Under the pieces are notes generated by a model, which had not been told where the DNA came from, did not search any database, and was given only the letters and a program-made list of their open reading frames with translations. The translations under genes were made by a program, and so were the position numbers. DNA of 63,946 bases, filler included, from Basidioascus undulatus (taxonomy: Eukaryota): assembly GCA_000826855.1 (NCBI GenBank). It is 4 parts of 4 records of this genome, joined end to end, with 100 filler letters (N's around TTAATTAATTAA, not from the genome) between each part and the next. Parts side by side here need not be neighbours in the genome. Positions count along the whole stretch, not along the records: positions 1 to 16,003 come from JTLS01000610.1; 3 more parts are not named here. One strand, given 5' to 3'. Shown piece after piece: positions 1-12,948 of the stretch; the first letter of the stretch is position 1; the number at the start of each line of letters is the position of its first letter.

Positions 1-1220
1 TGTCCCGCTGCCACTGCCCCCAAAGCCTCTCTCGCCGTCCTGAGAGTTTCCTGGCTAATGCTGACCGTATGACCAGACAAGCCAGTACCGTATAAACATG
101 GTGGTCAAGATAAAGTGCGTGCTCTGCGTTATGGTACGGGTGGACGGGTAGGCGCTCTCGTCACAATGGACAGTGCTACACCTTTGACGTCTGAAAATGA
201 GGGTCATACCCTACTTGTAATTGTTCCATGAGATGGCTCGTCCTGACTGTACTTGGGGGCGCCGTGACTTCAACTGGAATGCAACAGTTAGATGTGCGGA
301 GCACACTGCATCGGAGAGAGAACACAGCCACGCCCTTTTGAACACCTCGGACCCGTTATATCGAGTGTGTCCCCTCCGCATATCCTGGTGTTGCACAACC
401 CCTTGGTTTTTCTTGATAAAAAAAACCCCCCGATACATTTACCAAGAACACAGACACCCCGTGTCACAGCGTGCAGCAAACGTGCTTGGACATCCGACCA
501 GCATCGGTAGCATTCACAAAGGTAGGAGGAGTACCCAGAGTCAGGCCGTCTTGGCGCAAGGGATTCTTTGAACCGTTATGCTCGGGGACATTCACGGCAT
601 TTGGCGAGCATGATTAGGAATTGTATTCCGTAGGGTGCGCCGCGATGCCGGTGGCTGTTGAGAAGTGGTCGTCGATTTCACGTCGAGTTGCAGTGATTTC
701 TGTGATAGGACTGGACAGAAATTCTCATTAAAAGCTTTTTAGGATGGGAACGGCAATTCGCCCGAAGATTTCCTACAGGGAAAGCATCCGCCGTAGCGTC
801 GCGTTCGTTAACTTGTCATTGCGAAAGCTGCAGGACTTCTGCGCACAAGTCTCGGAAGCAGCCACGTAGAACCACAGAGGTGCAAATAGTATGCAATTCA
901 TATATACTATTGTATCCCAAGCTTCCCCATCCGCCTGTTACCCGAACGTTTCCCTGAACGTTTCCCCGCCCCTTCCCCTTCCACGCTTCCGCCATCCCCT
1001 TTCTCCCCTTCTTCTCCCTTCCCAACCCACTCATATTCCTCCACTGAAGCCCTCTCCTCCCCGGCCCTCTCCATCCCTCCCAAAAGCGCCGATCCCGAAG
1101 CGGAACCCACCGTGCTCTCCGCGCGAAAGCTGCCCATATCCTCGCGCCACCGCCCGCCTGCGCACCCCTCGTCCAGAACGCTCATGATCCCCGGGTCAAA
1201 CCCGATGTTGGAGCGGCGTA

Positions 1221-2148
1221 CTATGCGGAGGCCGAATTCGGAGGAGGAGGAGGCGGGGCGGGGGGCGTAGGCCCGCGCTCGGTCGACGGCTTGTCGGTTA
1301 GATGGAGGATCTCGCCGAGGGGGAGCGCGGCGGGGGCGGTGAAGGGGGAGGAGGGCGCGGGCGTCTGACCGGCGCGGAGGGCGGACATGATCCTAGAGCG
1401 GCAGGGAGAGGGTCAGCAGGAGAAGCAGGAGGGATGGGAGGGGGAGGGATGACGGGGGAGGGGACGGAACTGGGTGGTCCGGTAGCGCGCGTATTTCACT
1501 TTGTCTTGCAGGTCTGGAGGCGGGTTGGGGAAGAGGGTGAGGAGGTTGAGGAAGTATGAGGAGGCGAGGAAGGACTGAGCGGTGGCTCTGTTGTGTGCCT
1601 CCCCGGCATCAGCTTGTGCATCGTCGCCAGAGAGCAAAGAGAGGCCTGGAATGACAAAGGAAGGGAGAGAGAACGCACTTGGTAGCCTGTCCCGCCCTAT
1701 CGGCATCGTCCGCGCGGATGAACGTCCGCAGCGCAAAGTTCTCGATGTACGCTGCCGCAGCTGCGTCCTCCGAGACGAGGTCGTGCGTTTCTGGGGAGGC
1801 GGATAGGGTAGCTTTGGACTGTTCGCGTAGGAGCGGACATGTGAGAGGGACGAAAGACGGGCGAGGTACAAAGGAGGAAGACACACGGCTTCGAGCACGT
1901 CCATCAGCGCCAGGAGGAACGCCTCCTGGCTCGGGGCCTTGTTGAGCCCTGTTTGAAGCGCATAGAAGTTGCCTGGCCCCAGAAAACACGAGGATATGAG
2001 CGATCGAGATCAACGAGCGAAGCGGTCTCGCGGACAGACACCAGTACGCGATAGCCGGGTCGGGCCCGGCGAGCTCGCGTGCGCGCGCGAGGTAGGGCTC
2101 GATCGACTTGAGCTCCGCGGGGACAGGGGGGAGGGATGGGCCTGACAT
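1221..2148 (-). CDS. VTA1: Vta1/LIP5-like ESCRT protein (N-terminal MIT region), multi-exon; 3' end uncertain
   Basis: Spliced translation MSGPSLPPVPAELKSIEPYLARARELAGPDPAIAYWC...LLALMDVLE...AAAAYIENFALRTFIRADDADRAGQATK...ATAQSFLASSYFLNLL...KVKYARYRTTQIMSALRAGQTP matches the Vta1 N-terminal domain. The first in-frame stop is at 1221-1223. A GTACGC donor overlaps that stop, so the gene could extend to the frame ending at 907. Confidence 0.85.
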
Positions 2149-2609
2149 TGCAGGCGTATACGACTGGGAAGGACTAGGACTAGGGGAGAAATTGGGGGGA
2201 CGTTGTGGGGTGAGGACAAGGACGATGGGCAGGACGGGCCGGGAGATGGGCAGGCGGATGATTAGGCGAGTGCGATGACGTGTGGCTGTGAAAGGGCATG
2301 CAGTCTCCAAGTCGCCCGGTCTTTTACATGCACAACGCAAAGGTAACTCACAATAGTCTGTTCTCTTGGCAGGCATAATAGAGGATATTACTCACGAGTT
2401 AGACAGTGTGCTTCCAAGATGGGCAAGTCTGGCACAAAGCCATCCCAGTGGCCGGCTGCAGTTGCTCGAGACTCACCCGCGAGTTGGCAAGTCTTAGAAA
2501 GACATTGGAGCTTCCATTTTTGTCTACATTGGATACAAGTTGATGCAGACTGAGAACTTGGTCAGTATGTAATGGGTCAGGTTTATAAGAATGTATTTAC
2601 AAACATTAG

Positions 2610-2683
2610 TCTTCGGTGGCGCAATTGGTTAGCGCGTCCGACTGTTAATCGGGAGGTTGTGAGTTCAAGTCTCACCTGAAGAG
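2610..2683 (+). tRNA. tRNA-Asn (anticodon GTT), intronless
   Basis: Acceptor stem TCTTCGG/CTGAAGA, D arm TGGCGCAATTGGTTAGCGC, anticodon arm TCCGA-CTGTTAA-TCGGG, T arm GTGAG-TTCAAGT-CTCAC, followed by a T7 Pol III terminator at 2688-2694. Confidence 0.97.
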
Positions 2684-2967
2684 TTAGTTTTTTTCTTTGT
2701 TTGATTGCACGGGCTCCTGAGAAGTTGTGTAGTAGAGGCTAGCGAAAGGCAATTGGGTGAGGCGAGTGTTTACGAGTGTGCCATCTGGCTGCCTCAGCAC
2801 ACGAGAGGAGCTCCATGCAGGCAACAGCCCGTGTTTAAGTCATAACTACCAAGTGTTGAGCAGGTTGTCTTGTCTTGTCAAATGGAGGGGGCGAGGACAC
2901 ACAGAGGGCTCACAATCGAAAGCCGCCCTTGATTGTGCCTCTCGATTCCAGCCGGCTGTCCAATATT

Positions 2968-3440
2968 ATGCTCCGCGACTTCTATGCCCGCTTTCGGTTA
3001 CCACTCTTTTCTTCCTCTGATTCGGACGGCGAGAGGTTTGCGAGCACTGCAACCGCGCGCCTACTCGACCACCTCCCTCTCGCCGCGGCATTCGCGACCG
3101 AACCCCCCACCAACGAGTTCAAGCTCTCGATCGCTTCTGTGCTGGACCATAGGAAAACTTGGGGTGGGAGAGTGCGGAATGAGTGGGGCGTCACGGTCGT
3201 GGATGTCTGCCAAGGCCTGCAGGAGATGTGCGCTATATGTGTGCTCCATCAGCTGGAAGCACAATTGGGACTGAAATGTATTCTATCGCCGCTTCCAGTC
3301 TCGCTTTGCCCCTCACAGATGAGCAGCACTGTGTCACGCGACTGCTTTCCCAAAGTGCGCCTTCCGAAGCTCGTGCTGCGCAGTTCACGTTCGACGACTG
3401 GTACGTCCCGCTTGGAAAATCTGACTGATGGCATGTACTG
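2968..3440 (+). pseudogene. Basidiomycete hypothetical protein fragment (possibly DUF6699-like), probably degenerate
   Basis: HLPLAAAFATEPPTNEFKL...VRNEWGVTVVDVCQGL resembles the ATxPP...VTVxDV pattern of basidiomycete-specific families. No clean gene model found. Confidence 0.3.
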
Positions 3441-4219
3441 ACCATATCTTGGGCTTTTGTGCTCCACTAGGCTAAGTATCGTATTTCAGAATGAAGGGCT
3501 GTCTCGGTCGTGATGGAGGCGCGCTGGGAGGCTTGAGAGGCGTCTTCTACTCGTTTCGTTCGATATTCATACCGTCTTGGGGCAAAGCCTGACTTGAGAA
3601 ATCAATGGCTGTCTGCCGATCGCCCAACTCTATCAGAGGAGCTGAATGTGTTGCTGCGCAACGCAAGGATTCCCGGGGCCACTACTTCCATCACCACCAT
3701 CCACTCTGCACTTCCTTGTCGTCAGCGCCTCATCAGTCATCGCTTTTCATCCGCTTTACAGACGACTGTGAGAGCTTGTAAAACCCAACCTTTAAAGAGA
3801 GATGGAAGGAACAAGGCCACAAATCTACAATGGGCTCAAGGGCACAACGGGGTTGCCGTTTCAGTTCGAGCCCAGGAAGACAAGCAAGATGTGCGGTGCC
3901 TGAAGCCAGCGAGATGTCGCTTCTGTGTACAACCAGTAATCCTCAATTTCATTGTGACTAGACCCATTGTACTTTTTGAGATGAATCATGCTGGACTGGG
4001 GATGTCCTCCTAGCTTGCATCGCGGTCCAGGGTGCTGTGTGGACAGGTGAGTCTGGTTGTATACTTGGGGCACAGAGGCGACATCCTTGAGCACGGGCTA
4101 TGTTGACAGTCCACCTTGAATATCTCACTGTTTTTCGTTTCAAGCTCTGAATTTACAAGCTCGGGAACTTATTCGCTGCTGATCATCATACTGGTCAGTC
4201 ATCGCATGGCATGGCCCAC

Positions 4220-4890
4220 CTACCCACCTCCTGCGACTGCGGGCAGAAACAAAGACACTGCTTTTGAAAGGCCCGCTTGAATTGAGAACAAACTCTTCCA
4301 TTTATTTGAAGCAGAACGGCTGAGGACTCGCATTGCAGTCCTGCGGCAGACTCGGTGAGCTGGGACAGGACCAGCCCAGTGTGGCCAGGAGCAGCGCCTT
4401 GTGGCGTAGGAGAGAAGGGGGTGTAGGTCGAGCAACAGGTCCTCCGCCGCCACGACAGCGGCAGAGACGATGGCGGACAAGGGGGACTGTCCGTGTCCTC
4501 AAAGACGTCGCAGCGGTTCAGGAACCCCGCTCTTCAGACCTTGGCTCATAACTTGGGACCTACCATGATCTCCGAGACTGAGCACTTCTTCCGGCGCCGG
4601 AGCGCACGCTTCTTGCCCCTCTTGCGCACGAGCTCTGTTCCATCATAAGCCGGCGGCGCAGCGAAGAGCACCACCGCCGCGGGCACTGCGCACGCCCTCT
4701 TCACCCGGCCCTCGAACATGAGTGGCGCTCCAAAGCCCCGAAGGCGAAGCTGCTTTGCGAAAAACTGATCGTCGCAGACTGCGCGGAAGCGCGTGCACGT
4801 ATGCGAGAAGGCCGTGCAGAATTCGAGCGATGGCAGCAGCAGGTCGCGAATGACCACGATCAGCTCCACTGGGAGTGAGGAGAGTGTGAC
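4220..4890 (-). CDS. F-box-like protein, partial model (may be a pseudogene)
   Basis: After a CAG acceptor the frame reads TLSSLPVELIVVIRDLLLPSLEFCTAFSHTCTRFRAV, the LPxE...L..C..FR pattern of an F-box. A GTAGGT donor follows near 4563. Start and end unresolved. Confidence 0.45.
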
Positions 4891-5872
4891 TGCAGAAATG
4901 GTGGGTAAAAAAGATGAGGGGCCAAGAGGGTGTGGAGAGGGGAAAGGGATTGATTCGAATGCTCGTGGTTCGAGGCCGAAACTGGGGCCGACTCCTCGTC
5001 ATAGCAACGGAAAGGATACTAGACTCCGGCATAACATTCTCTTTCTTTATTGTAGGTCCAGATTTACTTATCGCACAAAAGGGAAGTAACCGCATGCAAG
5101 GCGTTTCCGTAAAAGATGCTTGTTCGGCTGACTCAACAGTCGTGTTTGGACCTTTCACTTTCACTTTCTTCTCAGGTTCAAATTTTGCTCATCTGTCACG
5201 GGCAAATAAGGGGTTCTGTTCTCGAACCGATGGGTCTGCGATTAAGAGCGGCATGCCCTGGGTCCAGGCTCCTCGCACGCAGACGTTCAGAATGTCGATG
5301 ATTTGTTTCTTACCCCATTACAGTGGATTGAGACGTGCCGCTTAGGAGACCAAAGAAAAGGCTGCTACTCAATTCAAGATCACACTATACCCGGCTCTTT
5401 GTTGAGGAGTTGCTATGACGGGGTTCAGCCGCTGTGCACAGCATCGCGGGTCCACACGGCAATATTTGCGATATCACGCACCCACGAGTGACGTTGGTCT
5501 AATTAGTAGGGACCCTCACATGAACCTAAAGGGTATAGTAACTCTCACATGGACTTGGCAGTAGCGAGTACTCATGCAAGTTACGCGCGTGTGCGACGCG
5601 GAGACTGCGCTCACCCTTGGCTCACTTGCTTTCACTACTGCCTCGCATGCTGATTAGCATCTTCTGTCTTGTATGTGTCTGGTATTTTACTTACAAATGC
5701 AGGAAAGACTGTGCGCTCGTCGGGCCAGATCACAATTGAGGTGGAGACTCATCTCAATCCCAATTCGACAGTGCGATGCGTTGCGATTACACGGAAGTAC
5801 AGAAGGCGTTCGCGAAGAACAAAACACTAGACGATGCGCACAATACAACGAAGGAGACATCGATGCCATAAA

Positions 5873-6924
5873 TCAACAAGCCTCCAAGCTTTCCTCTCCG
5901 CCCGCAATGCTCTCGGCCGCACTGGCACTCGCGCTCGCGTCGCTCTCTGTCCGCGCCTTCTTCCGCTTCACCGGCCCCTCCCGCCCTTCGTCCAACAACA
6001 TCCCGATTCCCCGCGGGCTTTGGCGGCCGGCCGAGCTGGACGTCGACGGCTTCCGGACGCCAAGCGGCGGTGCGGAGGACGGTGCGGGCGACTGGGGGAC
6101 GGCGAATGAGGATGACGGTGCCAGCGTAGGCTGTGACGGCGGTTGGGGGAGGTTCTGGTTGTGAAGGCGAGAGATGGAGTGAGAGCGCAGGCGTTGCATA
6201 ACAGCGTAGTGGTCGTTCTTGTCCATGGGGTGGTAGGCCATGGGCGGGAGGGGAGGGAAGGGGGGAAAGCCGGACTGCACGAACGACGGCGAGAGAGGCG
6301 GGAGGGTAGCCGAGTCTGAGGCGCTGTCGTCCGAGTTATCACGCTTGCGCTTGGACGATGCGGGGCTATGAGGAGGAGGCAGAGCGTGGGGCCAACCCCA
6401 CGCAGCGAGCCGCTCGAGCTCTTCTGCCCGTGCGAGGCGCATGCGCTCCATGTCCATCTGGCGGAAGAGCGTCTCGGTACGGAGAATCTCGACGCGGAGG
6501 TTGTCAAGTGCAGCGAGGCGCTGTTGGGAGGGAAGATGTTGGTGAGAAGAAAGGGCTTTCATGCGAAACAGCCACGCACCTGTTCCTCTGCCGCCTTGGC
6601 TCCCAACAGTCCCAGCAGCAGCTCGCGGTCGCCGTTTCCGTTGCTCCGGAACTGGGAGAGGATGTCGGAGAGGGAAGGTGTTGATGCGGGGGTAGGAGCG
6701 GCCGCAGCGGGTGGAGAAGAAGAGGAGTCGGAGTGGGTGCTGCGCTCGCGCATTTGGGGAGGGTGCGGCTGCGAGGGCTCTGTTGGTGCTGGGGGCTTGG
6801 GGAGAGCAGGCTTGGACGGCTGCGGGGCGGATGTCCGCGGTGTTTTGTCGTATGGCAGCGTCGGGGGGGAAAGAGGCGTGGGTGGGCCGAGCAGAGAAGA
6901 CGGCCGGGAGGCGATGGTAGCCAT
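5873..6924 (-). CDS. Hypothetical Pro/Ser-rich fungal protein, two exons
   Basis: MATIASRPSSLLGPP...DRELLLGLLGAKAAEEQ, a GTGCGT...CAG intron, then RLAALDNLRVEILR... with a basic KRKR stretch. Codon usage is GC3-rich. Confidence 0.65.
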
Positions 6925-8074
6925 TGCGAAATAAGTGGATCTGGGTGTGTTGGAGATATATGCGTTTGTGTCTGTTTGCGGGTACTTGTGAGATGGGGAC
7001 GCTTGGAGTGAGCTGTGAGGATAGATACAAACGGTCAAGGGGGAACAAGGAGGACGCGCTGCCGGTACAGGAATCATATTGAGAGTGCACGGAAGGACAG
7101 CCAAGGGCAGTCCCAAGGCGACGAGCGACGAGCGGCGCAGAGGCTTTGGACGCTTGGCCAGCGAAATAAGAACAAATAAGCAACGTGGCCAGATGCCAAG
7201 AAAAACGGTGCACGAAACTGTCACTGCTAATGTTTTGTGCCTTCGCCCGAATATCGGATCTTGCGAACGACAGTGTCCACAATTGCGACAGCACAACATT
7301 TTCTGAAATTTTACAAAGGAATACATAATGCCTTGGCATCTTATGCACGAACATAAGCTGGAAGTGAGATAGGCTGGCAGTCGTTGGCAGCCTGAGTGCG
7401 CATGAGCGCCAAGCCCTCGAAGCCCCCTGGCTCGCACATCTGTCGCAAAACACATCCTCCGGCCCTGAACTTTTCTAAGTTCTCGGTGTGCTTGTCTTGA
7501 GAGAGTGCGTGAGAGATCTATAAAAAGCCATTGCCCACCTGGGCCAGTTCAACAGTCCTAGCTCAGGTCCACCGTCGACGTTCTGCCAAGGACCTCAGGA
7601 CTTCCTCATTTTGCGCCAGGCTCGTGACTGCGCCGAGTCATCTGGCGGCGGCCCACATGCTCGTGCTGCTCTTGTGCGATTCAATGGACAGCTCACGTAG
7701 TATATGTCAGCTCATAAAGATTGTGTGGTCGTCTGAGAGCGCGATATCCGTGCTTGTTCATCTGATCCATAAACTCTCCTCTTGGCGCCTGCGAGGTCAT
7801 GCGAACCAAGCCACAGTAGTGTGACTCTGGTAACCGATACTTGAACCTCCTAAAAAGGCAACCAATATTTCCAACACTTGAGGCAATGTTAACATGATGT
7901 AGCTCTATGATGCGAATGCGGTGGGTTGCGGTGTTACAAATCCGTCGGTCCTACACGGCGAGGTCCAGTCCGAAAGAGCAGAAAGTATGGAAAAGCAAAG
8001 GAGAGGACAAAGCAGAGTATCCAAATAATCCATTTAAAAAGAAAGGAAAAATCCAAATGAAGAGCGCAATGCGC

Positions 8075-11000
8075 TCACTCGTCGAGCTCAAGCGGCCTGT
8101 GAAGAAGCAGAAGGTCAGCGCCGCATATAACCAGCTTCCCTCCAGGCACAATAAGCAGTTTCCAACGAACCTGTACACGCTATCCCACATTTGGGCTTTA
8201 AGAATCTCTTCCAGATCGGCGTCCGGTCCAAATGCAACCTGTGCGACACCCTCGGCCATAGCCTGGCGCATGACAGCAGCCGCGACGCTCACGCTAACCT
8301 CGCGGACGTTCGCCAGATCGGGAAGCAGCGGCAGCTCGGGGTCTTCCAGCGCCGGTGCGAGCGCCGCGAGCGCCTGCACAGCCGCGAGGAGCATGCCGTT
8401 CGTCAAGCGAGTTGCGCGTGCGGTAACGGTGCCCAAACCGATGGCTGAGTTGAAAGAAGATGCAGATCGCGCATTCAGCATACAGCGCTCTTCGTCTCGG
8501 TTACCGCAATCTGATGAACAAATGTACCAGGGTAGATGAGCGCGTTGTTTGACTCGGCAATCACGTACTCCCGCCCAGTGATCGGGTTCTTCGCGGGCGG
8601 GAAAGGCGAGCCGGTGGTGATGAGCGCGCGACCGTCTGTCCACTCGTTGATGTCCGCGGGATCCGCCTCGACGAGGGCGGTGGGGTTGGACATGGGGAAC
8701 TGTTTGTAAGACGCGATTATGCACTGAGTCAACATAGGGAAGTTCGGGCGAGACGCAGTCGCAGTGCAGAAAGGAAGAAGCACGATGATGGGTCGCTCAA
8801 CGTGAGCGGCCATTTCACGGACAACCTCCTCGGTGAAGGCGCTGCCAAACCAGTTGAATTAACACAAACTCTCCTCCTTTTTGTAAGGAGAGTGCACATA
8901 CCGAGCGTGGGTGGAGGTGCCGATGAGGATGGCTGTTCCGGCGGTAGTCAGTATAAACAAGGCTTGGCAACTGCCCTTAGTTTGGATAGGGGAAATTTAC
9001 GCACTCGGCTTAACCTGTCGCACGACGTCGATCAAGCGTAACGCGCTCTGCTCCTCGACCTCCCGCTCCCAGTCGACGACCTCCTCGTCCGGCCGTGCGT
9101 ACGAGTGCTGCGAGCCCGCCAACTTCGGGTTGGACTTGAGCAGGAGACCGTCCCTGTCGATGCACCTGGGAAAGGGCAGTTGAATGTTAAGCGAACTGCA
9201 GCAGAGGGATTGCGTCTCAAGCATGAGCTTACCAGAAGCGGGCGTTGGCCTCCTCAACCGAGAGACACTCGGTTTGAACGATTGCGTCACGGACTGGGGA
9301 TGCGCCAAGTAAGCACAACGAGTAGACGGGGATTGGAGAGAGGAAAACGCGTACTCTGGTTCGCGATACCCATGCCAGCACTGCCGGCGCCGTAAACAAC
9401 GATGCGCTGCTCAGACAGCTTCGTCTTGGTCACGCCCGTGGCACTGCAATGCTGGACATCAGCCTTCAGAGCTTGGGGATGCAATTTTGCAGAGGAACTC
9501 ACGACATGATCGCCGCGAGAGCGACAGCGCCGGTGCCCCTGTAGGTGTCGAAGAGGAATCAGCTACTCGCGGTCAGAACAGCGAGGTATGCGCAAACGAA
9601 CTGGATGTCGTCGTTGAAGCAGGGCTGGATAGTGAAGAAAGGCGTGAGTAAATAGAATACCGGCTCACTACGAAGTGGCACGTACAACCACATCCTGGTA
9701 CGTGTCAAGCAGGCGAGCGGCGTTGGCATTGCCGAAGCTGTGGAACAAGCGACCAGCAATCAGCGAGAAGACAAGAGTATTGGGTCACGTTGGACTGCTT
9801 ACTCTTCAAAGTGGATCAGCGCCCCGGGGAAGAGCTCCTTCACGGACATGATAAACTCGTGAAGGACTATTCCCGATTTCGTCAGCGCCGGGAAAATCAA
9901 CAAGAGATCGAAACGCCAGTCTTACAGTGGTCGTACTCTGTTTCATCACGCTGGCAATCAGCTTCTCTTTCCCATAGCGGAAATGGGAGTAAACTACGCA
10001 CCAACACCGCGCACACGCGGCTTCTTCCAACCCATGTACAGAGGGTTCGCAAACAGAGAGTGGTTGTCTGGAGACATCCCAAACTGTCAGAAAACAAATC
10101 AGGCAGAGCCAAGTTGCGGAAAGAACTCACCAGTTCCGCAGTCTGCGCGACGCGTATGAGAACAAGGTTAGCTTGACAACCGTGTACAAAATCCTGGCGG
10201 TCTCGAGAAGACGCACCAAGGACGACGGGAAGGCTGTAAGAAGGTAGTGGACAGGTCAGCTTCGAGTGGAGACAGGCAGCCTCAACAGCGGACTCACATG
10301 CGGTTGGGGTCGATGCCAGCACCGAGGGTGCTGTGAGGTGCAGAGCTATTAGCAAGGGGCCTCGCACGAAAGCTCGCACACAAACGCACTAGAGGGCAAG
10401 CTTGCTAGTCGAGATGCTGATTCCGCCAACGCCCTGGTCGCCAATCCCAAGAATACCTTCAGAGTCCCTGTAATCAAGCATTCCAGCAACATCAGCTGTC
10501 GCTCAGCGAACTTTGAGGTGAGCAACAGGCGCACGTTACGACGATAAGGTCGAACGCGCGGTTCGGAGCGCCGCCCTTCGCGCCGGGCGCAGTCTTGTAT
10601 CGGAATGCGGCCTGCGCGTGAGATTCGAGCTGCTGGCGGATGGTGTGCATGGTCGGGAGGGAGAGGAAACACCCTATCGGGCGACGGAAGAGCTCGGAGT
10701 ACTGCAGGTGAGGAAGTCCCAGGCGAAGCAACTTTAGCGTGCCAAAGTCTGTACATTTGGTAGAAGAGGCGAAGACGAACCTGCTGGACGGCAGTGCCGA
10801 CGGTAGGCGTGTACAGGATGGGGAGCAGCTCCTTCAGGCGTGACTGCAGCAACGCGTAGAAGAGCACCTGATTTTGATCGCGGAGGGAAGCGACTGCAGG
10901 AAAGACCATCTCCACCCTTAGCAGTGATATGGAGGAACTGAGAAAGGAGCTACTCACGGAAAGCATGCTTCAGGATATTCGTCGGCTGCTTCTTGAGCTG

Positions 11001-11468
11001 AGCATACGCGCGAACGAGCTGCTTCTCCAGCGGGTGCACACTGAGAAAGAAGGCAGCGGTACGTCAGTATAGGTATGTTACCCAGCGCAGCTCGCTGGAC
11101 GCAACTCGCCAATGGGCTGTGTCAACAACTAGGGGTGCAAAGAACCTCACCCCACGAGCTCCGCGTCGCGATTGTACAGTTGAGAGAACGGACTCACTCA
11201 TACGGAATGTGCCCCTCGACCTCAAACATCTCCCGCTCCTCCCTCGTAAACGCCGACCCCTGCCCGTCCAGGCACCAGTCGATCTTATCAGCCCCCTTCC
11301 TACGCGTCCCCAATCCATGAGGTCTCTTCCCACCTTGTTCAGTTGCGCACAGTTCAGAAGCGCGGCGCCTTTGAGGTTCGTCCGGATGGGGATCTTGTTC
11401 TTGGTCAGGGACGACCGGGACCGACGCAGGAAGGTCGGGACCTGCGATGCGACTTGGCGGGGAAGCAT
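8075..11468 (-). CDS. MAE1: NAD(P)-dependent malic enzyme, probable mitochondrial precursor, about 20 exons
   Basis: Spliced motifs [104 protein letters not shown]. Ends YRPLELDE*. N-terminus is Arg/Ser-rich. Confidence 0.95.
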
Positions 11469-12948
11469 GGCTGGTCGTCTTCTAAAGGGTATCGAGACCG
11501 GGTATAACGACGATGGCGGTGGAGCGCTCGTGAGAGACGCGCAGGATTCCACTGCGGTTGTGTATGGGGATCGGGAGGAGTAGGAAGGCCTGCTCCTGCG
11601 TTGCCCGAGAAGACGTGGGGAAGGAAAAGATGGGAAAAACGGCGAAAGATCGCGGTATTTTGGACAAAGCAAAGGAAAGCAGAAGAGCGTGGGGAAAGCG
11701 TGCAAGTTCGCGGGAGAGAAGACGTCCGGCACAGCGGGCCGCGCCCCAAGAGAAGTCGGCCGATCGCGTTTGTATTGCCTAAATACAGTACACGGAGTGC
11801 CGGAGTCCGCCCAGCCGGCGGCCCGCGGAGCCTGATGCCATGCACACGTGCAGTTGCCGTCGCTATCCGTTCGACCTTCTTCAGCTCATGTCCTCCTCGT
11901 ACGAGACGGTCAATGCTGAAGTAACTTACTCTGGTAGTCCCAGCCTTAAGCAGCATCTCATACTGAACCGCGAAAGTGTTTCCCTTGATGCTGGTTAGTG
12001 ATAACTTAGATAACTAACGTGATGTCCTGTGGAGACTGGAAGCAGACAGTGTGCGGGGCCGCTGTATCGATGTGGGTACTCCCCGAATGCGGCCTGATGC
12101 CCTGTCTCACTGCGGAACGACCCGAGAGGCACACGAAGCACATCGAACGGTTCATGTGCCTCTCGAGTGTTCCCAGCGTCGGCAGCGCAGGAAGAGTTCC
12201 TCGAGGTGCTGCCCACCATGCAAGAGAGTAACAGTCATGAACAAATGATAGCCATGGTCCAACATGGCCCATTGGAAGCAAACAGTTCTCAAACCGACTC
12301 GACTAGATCTCAGTGCCCTGGGAGCTCAGGAAAAGGTGGGGAGCACTCTGTCACATCCGACATGATGCAGAGCTGTTCGAGGGGCTCGCCGCTCACTGCA
12401 GCGCCAAGCAGCACCGGACGTGGACGCAGGAGCGCCGTACATACGACCACTTGCTTGTATCCTTGCGCGAAACTTGTACAGTTAAGACGCCAACGATACG
12501 AAACTCGCCGAGGCAACGGCCATAGGATGAGCTGTGCAGTCGACAACAAGCGCACCATGGTGCGAAGGCTGGTTGGGGGCGGGGCTGTGCAGCACAGAAG
12601 CAAGAAATCGATGGGTGGGTAGGCCGCACGGTGTGGAGATGGTAGGTAAAGATCAATCTCCAGGCATGCACCGTATTGGATACGCGACAAAGCGTGAGGC
12701 ATGAATCGTGCTTTGAGCGCGAAGAACGAAGCATGCTAGGCGAGATCGTGAATGGAAAACGCCTGAGGAAACTGTTTCCAAGAAATTGTCCGTGAGAGGG
12801 AGAGTGGTGCGGAGATGAGGAAGCGGCAAAAGTCTATCGAAGCACGACAAGCAAAGCGTCTTCCGAGACGCCAGCCTTCAATCTGTCAGAACCATGCAAT
12901 CCAGCACAGCAAGACACATCATCAGCGATGGTCAAACTTCTCTCATAT

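Noticed and set aside
1..800. Short ORFs at the window start
   Set aside because: No recognisable motifs or codon bias.
1370..1390. Suspected frameshift in VTA1 at QIMSALRAG
   Set aside because: Re-reading across the line break shows GCCCTC intact, so the frame is continuous.
6925..7455. N-terminal extensions of the 526-aa and 298-aa ORFs
   Set aside because: Non-coding-like composition upstream of the ATG at 6924. Two exons in different frames explain both ORFs.
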